A stretch of 55,559 bases of DNA from Candidatus Woesearchaeota archaeon (GTDB lineage Archaea > Nanobdellota > Nanobdellia > Woesearchaeales > GCA-2686295). Position 1 is the first letter of the stretch; each line of letters opens with the position of its first letter. The stretch covers positions 1 through 55,559 of the forward strand of contig JADHVI010000004.1 of the NCBI GenBank assembly GCA_016784125.1, given 5' to 3'. Shown in pieces: positions 34,816 to 42,513 of this stretch. A model generated the notes under the pieces. That model did no database searches. It saw only the letters and a list, made by a program, of their open reading frames with translations, and was not told the origin of the DNA. The position numbers and the translations under genes were made by a program.

Positions 34816-36934
34816 TGATGAACTTGTAAACATGGGTGCTAGTGCTCAAGCAAAATTCTTAGATGTAAGTTCAATGCAACCAGAAGAAGCTTTTAGCCAT
34901 CATGCTTACGCGGGTCAAGATTTAAATGGTGCTGCACTGAGTGAAACAGAAAACCTTCCTAAATTCTTACGAACATTAATAAGAAGATTTGAAAGACGAG
35001 GATATACATTCCTTGAAGATCTTGGTACTGGTTGTACTAGGAAATCTTTGAAAGCTAGCCATAGTGTAGGTGGAAGAATAACAACCAGAGTTGTACATTT
35101 TCCATATGAAATAGCTAATTTAAATTCTATTTGTACTATAATAAATAAATCAAAAAGGGACATAGATGAGAATGAATATCATATTTCACAGAAATTGAAA
35201 AGACATCCACACATAAGTTCTGTAATTGAAAGTCATGATATTATGGGTGTAACAGTAAATGTAGAGTCCGATACAGACGGAAAAAGTTTACAATCCTTAA
35301 TTGAGAGTTGGGGTCCAATAACTGAGGATCAAAAAGCAAAATTCTACAAGATATTTAGCCAAATAGTTGATGCAAAGAAATTTGCGAATATGGACAAGGA
35401 CATTTTGTTAAGAAATGACCAGCCCGGCAATTATATAGTTAATGATGATTTATTTGTTGTAATCGCTGATCTTCAGAATGCGCGAGAAAGGCATAGTATT
35501 AGAGATATATCATTACCAACAAGAGATGTAACTGCGTACACACACCCGGATCTAATTAATGCTTTGTTTGATGAATTTAATCCTGCTCAAGCAAGCAGAG
35601 AAACAGAAGTATATGGTGTGGTTGCTAGTATGGTCTTTGCTTTGACAGGGCAAAAACCTTTTGATTATGAAGTAAAATTGTTGAGGCCTGAAGATGAAGG
35701 TTATGATGACGCAAGAATTGTTGAAGTTGATGGTTTAGAACATAGAATCCAATTATTGGTTGAAGGTGAACCTGCAACAAATATTTCCTATGAAGATCAT
35801 AAGAAAAGAGCAAAGAAAGTTATCAAGACATTGCCTCGTTGGGCTAGGAAAATTGTGTCAAAAGGATTGTTATATGGTGAGTATGTTGGTCAAACTCGAA
35901 GCAGAATAAAGCCTTACAGAACTGTAAGCGCTTTAGAAGCCGACTTAGAAAAATTGGATCGGCCTTCTATGAACAAATTCTTGAAGAAAGCATATGATTC
36001 TATGAAGATGGTCGCAGGCATAGCTGCTGGATTTACATTTGCATGGTTGCTTGTATGGTCTGCACAAGAAAACAGTAAATATGTTCCTCCGAGACCTTCG
36101 CCAGCTGACTTCTTGAGGGCTGAGAGATATTTTCATTATGAAATGAACGATTTATTGGGGGGATTTGAAGGAAAATACATCATGAATCAGTTGAGACCTT
36201 ATTTTGGAAGTGTAAAGAAAAACTTGCCTGAACTATTGGAAATGCCAACAGGTAAAAGGCGCACTATGGAAGATGAGATTAACCATTACGTAACTCATTC
36301 TTATAATGTTAAATGGATGGATAAGAAACTCGTATCTTCATGGTTGAAAGCCTGTTTACTACATCAAGATCTAGATCCTGAAGAAATGTATGGTGTGGAC
36401 AAAAATGGAGTTTCAAACAGATTAAAACCAACTTTTGTGCCAAGAGACTTTGTTATAATGAGTGATAGGCTGACTCATGGTCGGGATATTGATGATAATT
36501 TAGCAACTGTATTCGGAGTTAATTATCTTGCTGCATCAATGCTTAATATAACTGGCAAGGTAAATTTTGCCGAGACCTATGCTTCCTATTTCTGTACTGC
36601 AGAAGAGATAAAATCTGCGATGGTGCGATCTGGAAGTATACATTATTTTCCAAAAGCAATGGATGGTTCTGGCGGTGGTGCTATTGGTGCAAAGGCTGGT
36701 TACGAAGCTATGTTCTCGCCTGAAGATTCACTCGATACTAATATTGGTCATCTGGCGGTTGGCTATAATCTTGCATTACCACATAAGAAGGTAGAGTTAA
36801 TTAATACAGCTGTAGCCATATACTTATTGACAGATAAAGATGGACATACAGATTTAGAGAGAATTAAGGATTATCGACACTTAATGAATGCACATATTAC
36901 TCCATTAACGCTTCCAGAGAAACAATCCTATTAA
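34805..36934 (+). CDS. Membrane-spanning protein with an N-terminal eukaryotic-type protein-kinase-like domain (degenerate catalytic loop) and a ~280-aa C-terminal domain of unknown type
   Basis: LGTGCTRKSLKA (G-loop/Lys), ILLRNDQPGNYIV in place of HRDxKPxN, IADLQNA in place of DFG, EVYGVVASMVFALTGQKPF (subdomain IX), then TM MVAGIAAGFTFAWLLVWSA. Confidence 0.6.
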   Translation: MPLDDELVNMGASAQAKFLDVSSMQPEEAFSHHAYAGQDLNGAALSETENLPKFLRTLIRRFERRGYTFLEDLGTGCTRKSLKASHSVGGRITTRVVHFPYEIANLNSICTIINKSKRDIDENEYHISQKLKRHPHISSVIESHDIMGVTVNVESDTDGKSLQSLIESWGPITEDQKAKFYKIFSQIVDAKKFANMDKDILLRNDQPGNYIVNDDLFVVIADLQNARERHSIRDISLPTRDVTAYTHPDLINALFDEFNPAQASRETEVYGVVASMVFALTGQKPFDYEVKLLRPEDEGYDDARIVEVDGLEHRIQLLVEGEPATNISYEDHKKRAKKVIKTLPRWARKIVSKGLLYGEYVGQTRSRIKPYRTVSALEADLEKLDRPSMNKFLKKAYDSMKMVAGIAAGFTFAWLLVWSAQENSKYVPPRPSPADFLRAERYFHYEMNDLLGGFEGKYIMNQLRPYFGSVKKNLPELLEMPTGKRRTMEDEINHYVTHSYNVKWMDKKLVSSWLKACLLHQDLDPEEMYGVDKNGVSNRLKPTFVPRDFVIMSDRLTHGRDIDDNLATVFGVNYLAASMLNITGKVNFAETYASYFCTAEEIKSAMVRSGSIHYFPKAMDGSGGGAIGAKAGYEAMFSPEDSLDTNIGHLAVGYNLALPHKKVELINTAVAIYLLTDKDGHTDLERIKDYRHLMNAHITPLTLPEKQSY

Positions 36935-37819
36935 TGGACTTGATGCAAGGTAGAATGTTCTGATGGAATTTGTGATTCTATGTACTAATATTTGTTCTTT
37001 TCCTTTCTTTGTGCTAAGAAGTAAATATCCTTCTTTGTAGACAAGCTTCTTTTCCAAATCATGTACTTGCTCTAGTAATTTAATATCTTTTTTTAAGTAA
37101 CCATCTTTTAGCAATTGGAATATGTCTTTAACATCATTAAAGTATTCTTTGATATCTTTTGAAACTTTAATATTGGTATTCGATAAATATCTTGCTAGCA
37201 AGAATATTTCTCTTTGTGCATGAATTAGTTCTGTGTGAAATATCCATAGTAATGGCGTTTCTGCTTTTCGCTCAATTATTGTAGCTCTTCTAACAAAATT
37301 GTCAAATTGTTGTATTTTTCTTTCTAATTCTAATACTTCTTCGTAACAGTTTTTTCCCTTGAGCATTTCCTCTGTTTTGTCTAATAATAATGTAATATTA
37401 TACATGACTTTTAAGAATATGTTCTCTGCGTGTTCGTATGATGGCTCTGTAATGTTTTCGATAACGCAACCATTATCATTTGAAGATATAATCTCATAAC
37501 CTAATAGTCTTGTTTTGATGACATGGTCAATTATGTCTAATATTTTTGGATCTGCATAGTGAACTTTCACAACATTATATCCTAATCTATACGCATTTGT
37601 CATCAATGTTCTGACAGAAGTTTCTACGTTGGTCGTTATATTGATATCAATTTCTTTTTTAAGGTCTTTATTCTCATTTTTTATAATCAAACAATTGTCT
37701 GCTATTTCTAGATCTATTCTGTCGCCTTGTTGGAGCTTGTTTAAATCAATCCATTTCTTAGGCAGGTATATTGTGTATCCTCCTCCTCCTTGTTTGATTA
37801 GTTTTCGTTCCATATTCAT
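36905..37819 (-). CDS. AbrB/SpoVT-domain + PhoU-like repeat regulator
   Basis: RKLIKQGGGGYTIYLPKKWIDLNKLQQGDRIDLEI (SpoVT/AbrB swapped hairpin) followed by about 250 aa of helical PhoU-like repeats; 30-nt convergent overlap with the kinase-like gene. Confidence 0.65.
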   Translation of the reverse strand: MNMERKLIKQGGGGYTIYLPKKWIDLNKLQQGDRIDLEIADNCLIIKNENKDLKKEIDINITTNVETSVRTLMTNAYRLGYNVVKVHYADPKILDIIDHVIKTRLLGYEIISSNDNGCVIENITEPSYEHAENIFLKVMYNITLLLDKTEEMLKGKNCYEEVLELERKIQQFDNFVRRATIIERKAETPLLWIFHTELIHAQREIFLLARYLSNTNIKVSKDIKEYFNDVKDIFQLLKDGYLKKDIKLLEQVHDLEKKLVYKEGYLLLSTKKGKEQILVHRITNSIRTFYLASSPLIGLFLWKR

Positions 37820-37854
37820 GGTAATGGAAATGATTATTTAAATATTTAGTTTTT

Positions 37855-37880
37855 TGATATCATTGATATGAATCATATCA
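37855..37880. repeat. Three abutting 8-bp palindromic half-sites TGATAT(C/G)A: candidate operator in the divergent intergenic region
   Basis: TGATATCA (37855-62, self-complementary), T, TGATATGA (37864-71), A, TCATATCA (37873-80). The last two form a perfect 8+1+8 inverted repeat. Confidence 0.6.
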
Positions 37881-37929
37881 GTTAGCTATTAATCCTAATA
37901 TTATTATCATAATAATAATAACTTAATAA

Positions 37930-38499
37930 ATGATGATTAAAATGGGACAAATACAACAAAGAGTCGAGGAACTGGGCATCAGAAAAGTACTTGTTGTCGA
38001 TGATAATGCGAAGCATTTGTCAACTGCTGCCTCGTATTTCAGAAAAGAGTTTGGACTTAGAATCCAAGTAGAGTACAGTTGTTGTGGAAAAGACGCTCAA
38101 TGGGCAATTTCCTCTGCATTTGAACGTGGACATACTTTCAACCTAGTAATAACTGATTTAGAAATGGAAGAAGATAATACGGGTTTAAAAGTAATGTCAC
38201 AAGCATACAAATATGGATCTGAAGCGGTGTTGTTGACAGGTTTTGCAGGTGCAAAAAACCATCATGGACCATCAACGCATTTACATTCAATATATAATCT
38301 TGAAACAAAATTGACTAAATCTGGTTTAAAGTCTGAAACAGAAGTTTGGGCTTGGGCTTTTGAGGAAAGTTTGAATCATATTGCCGATGATAACGAGTTG
38401 AAACGTGCTCTAAAAAGAGAGGAAAAATATGTTGGTATTCCTAGAAACAATGGTGCTATGAAATTAATTGACATGGCAATATATTGTTTATTGCGATAA
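37930..38499 (+). CDS. Receiver (CheY-like REC) domain protein with a ~70-aa C-terminal extension
   Basis: VLVVDDN (acidic pocket), LVITDLEM (phospho-acceptor Asp position), VLLTGF (Thr) and AKNHHGP (Lys). Confidence 0.6.
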   Translation: MMIKMGQIQQRVEELGIRKVLVVDDNAKHLSTAASYFRKEFGLRIQVEYSCCGKDAQWAISSAFERGHTFNLVITDLEMEEDNTGLKVMSQAYKYGSEAVLLTGFAGAKNHHGPSTHLHSIYNLETKLTKSGLKSETEVWAWAFEESLNHIADDNELKRALKREEKYVGIPRNNGAMKLIDMAIYCLLR

Positions 38500-38524
38500 A
38501 GAATAAATAATTGGAGATAAAAAA

Positions 38525-39301
38525 ATGAGTGAAAAATTAAATGAATTAAAAAAATTTGTTGGAGAAGAAATTGTTACTTTGTATTCTGAACAAGCAAAAG
38601 TGTACAAAAATGATTTTATAAATTTTGTTGGAGAAAAAATGAAATCTATTTATGGTATAGAACCAATAATTGATGTTGTTCTACCACGAAATCCGTTTAT
38701 TGATTCGAGGGTTCTAATCGTTCCTGGAAACGAAACTCAGAAATACGTTGCTTTACAAACTTTTGGTGGCGGTGCAATTTCTACTATTGATATTGTTTCT
38801 TTACCAGAAAAACTGCATGAAGGTATTCAGAAAAAATATGTTGGTGAGATACTTGGTCAAATGAATTGGTATTTTGTTACAGGAGGTCACATGGATTTTT
38901 CAGGAAGACAATTAAAGATTCATTCTGAAAGCGGAGATTTTGGTAATGGGCTGGCTGGTTATGATACTAATAGTATAGCAAGTCATGTACTTAATTTAAC
39001 AGGGCAATTTGAAAACATAGAAGTGAATCCTGGAAAGTATAATGCTAATACTGACGAGTTCTTTGACAGATGGCTAGATTTGTTTATGAGAACAGCAGTG
39101 GCCGGTGGAAAAGATGAATTCATACTTGAAGCTTGTAAGATCCACAGAGATTATGGTTCTGCTAGTTTAAGTCTTAAGTATGTGAGTGAATTACTTATAA
39201 GAAGTGCAAATAAGTCAGGAGATAATATCTTTGCATCAATTACTGATGAACTGTTTAAAATGCAAGGTGAAGTCTTTGCAGAAGCGATGAAGAATAAATA
39301 A
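38525..39301 (+). CDS. Hypothetical protein (258 aa)
   Basis: 25-nt gap after the REC gene, with SD GGAGA; Gly-rich blocks TFGGGAISTIDI and VTGGHMDFSG; no family recognised. Confidence 0.55.
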   Translation: MSEKLNELKKFVGEEIVTLYSEQAKVYKNDFINFVGEKMKSIYGIEPIIDVVLPRNPFIDSRVLIVPGNETQKYVALQTFGGGAISTIDIVSLPEKLHEGIQKKYVGEILGQMNWYFVTGGHMDFSGRQLKIHSESGDFGNGLAGYDTNSIASHVLNLTGQFENIEVNPGKYNANTDEFFDRWLDLFMRTAVAGGKDEFILEACKIHRDYGSASLSLKYVSELLIRSANKSGDNIFASITDELFKMQGEVFAEAMKNK

Positions 39302-39375
39302 TTGGTATAAAAGGTATAAAATGAATGAACAAAAACTTTGTGTTTCTGAAATTAATTTTTATAGGAGGTATAAAA

Positions 39376-39561
39376 ATGAATGAACAAAAATGTGATTTTT
39401 GTGAATATGATTGGGTGTCGAGAGTTGAGGCTCCTAAAGCATGTCCAAGATGTAAGAGAAGGTTTGATTATCCTAGTGTAAATGGGGTCGAAGATTTGAA
39501 ATCAATGGTGGAAGATAATGAGTTTAGTCTCAGCAATGACGAAGGGAATAATAGTCTATAG
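39376..39561 (+). CDS. Small zinc-ribbon protein (61 aa)
   Basis: ORF track start 39325 is over-extended. ATG 39376 follows SD AGGAGG. MNEQKCDFCEYDWVSRVEAPKACPRCKRRF (CxxC...CxxC). Confidence 0.6.
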   Translation: MNEQKCDFCEYDWVSRVEAPKACPRCKRRFDYPSVNGVEDLKSMVEDNEFSLSNDEGNNSL

Positions 39562-40594
39562 TTTTTTACAGCTAACTCTATCCTCTTTGTTTGCAAAAAC
39601 TGAACCTAGTGTTCTTTTTGTTAATAAACAGAAGTTTAGTGAAGAACAACAAGTAGATTTTAGTAGATATATGTGGAATCCTACTTGGGGAGAGATATTT
39701 GTAGATGTAACTAACGTCACTGATTCTGCGAATACTACAACTAAATATCAGAGTAAATGGAAGCGAAGTGGCATATCACTTTCTAATAATCAGACATTGG
39801 ACTTTTTTATCTTTACCGATGGAAGTCCTGATGATGGACAGGGGAGTTTGGATGAACATCTTATGAATGTAGGGGTTGCTTATTCTCATGAATTGGATTC
39901 AACAAGATCTTTCGTTTTTGATTTTGAAAGATATGTTCAAAAAGGTAATGTGCCTGGAGATGTGTTATTTACAAATTACTTCGGAGCAAATTTCTCAGCA
40001 GAATTCTTATTTTTAGGAGCCAAACCTTTAACTTCTGGTATGAAAGATGGAAAGTACTATGCTTGGGCTGCATTGCATTCAGATCACCTGTATTTATCTT
40101 ATGCGAATACTTTTGAGAAACAAGGATTATTTTTTGGAGTTATGGGCTTGGAAGATTTTGGTCAACATACTATGGTTAGGTATAATCCTGATAATGAGTC
40201 TTGGGATTTAAAATCAAGAACTGCTTTTGGCGATGTGAGTAATTTTTTTAGTTTAGATGTTTTTAGAAATAATAGCTCAACCAACTCTATGAAGTATTTT
40301 TTCCCAATGCACTTCACGCCTACTGTTAATGGCGGGGATTTCACTATTCACTTATTTGGTCATGGTGATGCCTCTCTGTCGCATGCAGGTTTTAAAGTGG
40401 GAACTGCTTTGTTGCCAGTAAATATCGCTGTAGGTAAGGAGTGGGACTTGGACAGTTCTAAAACTGGCGAAGTTTATGAATTATATTCAAATTTTAATCT
40501 ATTGGGGGTGAATTTGACACTAGAATATCAATTTAGATCGTTGGATAACGACGGATTCTTCTATATGTCAGGGTCTTTACCGTTGTCAAAATAA
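39518..40594 (+). CDS. Secreted, Cys-free, aromatic- and beta-strand-rich protein (358 aa)
   Basis: N-terminal hydrophobic signal-like segment (GIIVYSFLQLTLSSLFA); many N-x-S/T sequons; alternating hydrophobic patterns (LLGVNLTLEYQF); SD GGTGGA 5 nt before the ATG; overlaps the previous gene by 44 nt. Confidence 0.55.
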   Translation: MSLVSAMTKGIIVYSFLQLTLSSLFAKTEPSVLFVNKQKFSEEQQVDFSRYMWNPTWGEIFVDVTNVTDSANTTTKYQSKWKRSGISLSNNQTLDFFIFTDGSPDDGQGSLDEHLMNVGVAYSHELDSTRSFVFDFERYVQKGNVPGDVLFTNYFGANFSAEFLFLGAKPLTSGMKDGKYYAWAALHSDHLYLSYANTFEKQGLFFGVMGLEDFGQHTMVRYNPDNESWDLKSRTAFGDVSNFFSLDVFRNNSSTNSMKYFFPMHFTPTVNGGDFTIHLFGHGDASLSHAGFKVGTALLPVNIAVGKEWDLDSSKTGEVYELYSNFNLLGVNLTLEYQFRSLDNDGFFYMSGSLPLSK

Positions 40595-40595
40595 A

Positions 40596-41564
40596 ATGGA
40601 ATTAGAAACGATAATTTTGGAAGGTGTGGCTGTGTTCTCATTAGGATTTGCGACTGGAATCAAGGATAATCGACAAAGATTTGGTCTCGAACTAACTGAT
40701 TATCTACACAAAAAAGGCGAATTGAATCCTATTTTTACTAATGTTGACAAAAACGTTAATATCAACTATTTTGACAAGTATGTGTCTAAGTTTGGAAATA
40801 AAGCTTCTTTACTTGCTGGTTTATGGATTTATGCTTTTAACAGTCCTTTTATTGAGTCGTATGTTGTTCCTATTGGTTTGGGTGTTGTTACAGGTCTTCT
40901 TTTCAAAACAGGAACCATTCTTGGCAAGACCACAAATAATTTTTATAGATGTAAAGCAAAACTAACTGAGAAGAATTACTTGCTGTTGGATGAATTACTT
41001 GATAATCTGAAAAATGGGATTATAACTCATGGTTTTGATTATCCTGATTCTGAAGAAGGGCTGGTTTATCGTCGAAAGATAGCTGATTTGATTCTTAAGA
41101 AAAAGAATATTGGTATCTACGAGCAAATTTTTTCTAAGTCAATAAATGTTTTTAATTATGCTTCTCAGTATAATACTATTCAGACATTTTTGGAAAACAC
41201 TGACGTTCCTGCTGCAATTTCACCTCTATCTAATCCTTTTACAGACAAAGTTGAAGCTTTAATTGTTCATGGAGATAAGTTATACTCGATGAAAATTGAT
41301 GTTCAACAATCAGATATTTTTAAGGATGATGAAATGTCTGTGGAGTTGGTTGCTCCTTCTGTCAATTTAGAAGAAATAACTTGGAATGGATCGGTTGATG
41401 CTTTGACTGTCATGGTTTCTAATCGTTCAAATCAAGGATTATACCTTGTTACTGGAAATGGTGATTTATTAACTAAAAAAACTGGTGCTTTGTTGACTTA
41501 TATTTCTCTCTATCACTCTAGAAGGGATTATGAAACTGAGTTAAAATCAGGCCCTCAAGCTTAA
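40596..41564 (+). CDS. Membrane protein (322 aa) with N-terminal TM segments and a soluble C-terminal domain
   Basis: Starts 1 nt after the previous stop; TM-like IILEGVAVFSLGFATGI, ASLLAGLWIYAF and VVPIGLGVVTGLLF. Confidence 0.55.
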   Translation: MELETIILEGVAVFSLGFATGIKDNRQRFGLELTDYLHKKGELNPIFTNVDKNVNINYFDKYVSKFGNKASLLAGLWIYAFNSPFIESYVVPIGLGVVTGLLFKTGTILGKTTNNFYRCKAKLTEKNYLLLDELLDNLKNGIITHGFDYPDSEEGLVYRRKIADLILKKKNIGIYEQIFSKSINVFNYASQYNTIQTFLENTDVPAAISPLSNPFTDKVEALIVHGDKLYSMKIDVQQSDIFKDDEMSVELVAPSVNLEEITWNGSVDALTVMVSNRSNQGLYLVTGNGDLLTKKTGALLTYISLYHSRRDYETELKSGPQA

Positions 41565-41631
41565 TATTTTATTTACAAGAGTTTTGAATTTTGTATAAAT
41601 TCTGAAAAGATATATAAATATCATTTGATAT

Positions 41632-42435
41632 GTGCAGTTTGTGCCTCAAATTAATAAATTCAAATGTGATAAATGTAATTTTTCTTTTCCTGAAGGATGG
41701 GGTGGATATCAGTATGTAATGGACGCTAAGGGTAAAAGAGTGATCTGCCGTCATCCTGGTGAGGGTTTGACAATAGAAAGAGTTTTAGGAAGAGAGTTGG
41801 GGCCTGTTCCTTTTGATTTAGCTAAAAAAAATCCTAAAAAATTCAACTTAGTTATGAAAAAACATTTGGAACTGTATAGGGAGAGAGTGGGATTTAATTC
41901 TCATTGTATTTGTTTAGAATGTTTGAATCAGTTCGAAGCGGATTTCGGAGAGAATGTTTGTTCTGTTGATGATAAAAAAGTAGTTATTCCTTGTAAACAT
42001 TGTCCAACATGCGGATATTTAGTGTCTCTTGATGTCTCTTCTTGTGATATGTGTGGTTCTGAATTTAAAGACTTACCTACAGAGGTTGTTATGAAAAAAA
42101 TTGGAACTGAGTCTCCTTGTGTGGATTGTGGAAGTAGAGAGGTTTATATTTATACTGATAATGCGAGTGAAAAAAAGCTTGTTTGTATGGATTGTGGGTT
42201 GTATGATGAATATGATGATTTTAATTTTGGATTTCCTACAAAACGCAAGAAACCTAGACGAAGGATATTAATCACAGATATTAGTTCTGTTTTTCTTGAA
42301 AAAGGTCGTGATGTTCGGGTTTGTCCAAAATGTGGTTCTATATTGGTGCGTACTCTTGCTGAAATGATTAATAAAAAATGCCCTAAATGCAAAAAAGGAA
42401 CTATTAAAGAGATACGTACCGGATGGATGTCTTGA
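41632..42435 (+). CDS. Multi-zinc-ribbon protein (267 aa; at least five CxxC pairs)
   Basis: KCDKCNF, CICLECLNQF, CKHCPTCG...CDMCGSEF, CVDCGS...CMDCGLY, CPKCGS...CPKCKKG. The start is uncertain (GTG 41632 or 41641); a TATA-like GAAAAGATATATAAATA lies just upstream. Confidence 0.55.
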   Translation: MQFVPQINKFKCDKCNFSFPEGWGGYQYVMDAKGKRVICRHPGEGLTIERVLGRELGPVPFDLAKKNPKKFNLVMKKHLELYRERVGFNSHCICLECLNQFEADFGENVCSVDDKKVVIPCKHCPTCGYLVSLDVSSCDMCGSEFKDLPTEVVMKKIGTESPCVDCGSREVYIYTDNASEKKLVCMDCGLYDEYDDFNFGFPTKRKKPRRRILITDISSVFLEKGRDVRVCPKCGSILVRTLAEMINKKCPKCKKGTIKEIRTGWMS

Positions 42436-42475
42436 CCACCAGATGCAAAAATGACTACTGAACAGTGATTAAAAA

Positions 42476-42490
42476 CGAAAGATTTATATA
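42476..42490 (+). promoter_or_regulatory. BRE/TATA promoter (leaderless) of the signal peptidase gene
   Basis: CGAAAGATTTATATA ends 24 nt before ATG 42514. Confidence 0.5.
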
Positions 42491-42513
42491 CTAGTTTTGC
42501 CATTTAATCACTT

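Noticed and set aside
36905-36934. 30-nt convergent overlap of the kinase-like gene and the AbrB-PhoU gene as a regulatory antisense arrangement
   Set aside because: Similar convergent overlaps occur at several unrelated gene pairs in this compact window (8929-8932, 28037-28040, 30185-30198, 53935-53962). It probably reflects genome compaction rather than specific regulation.
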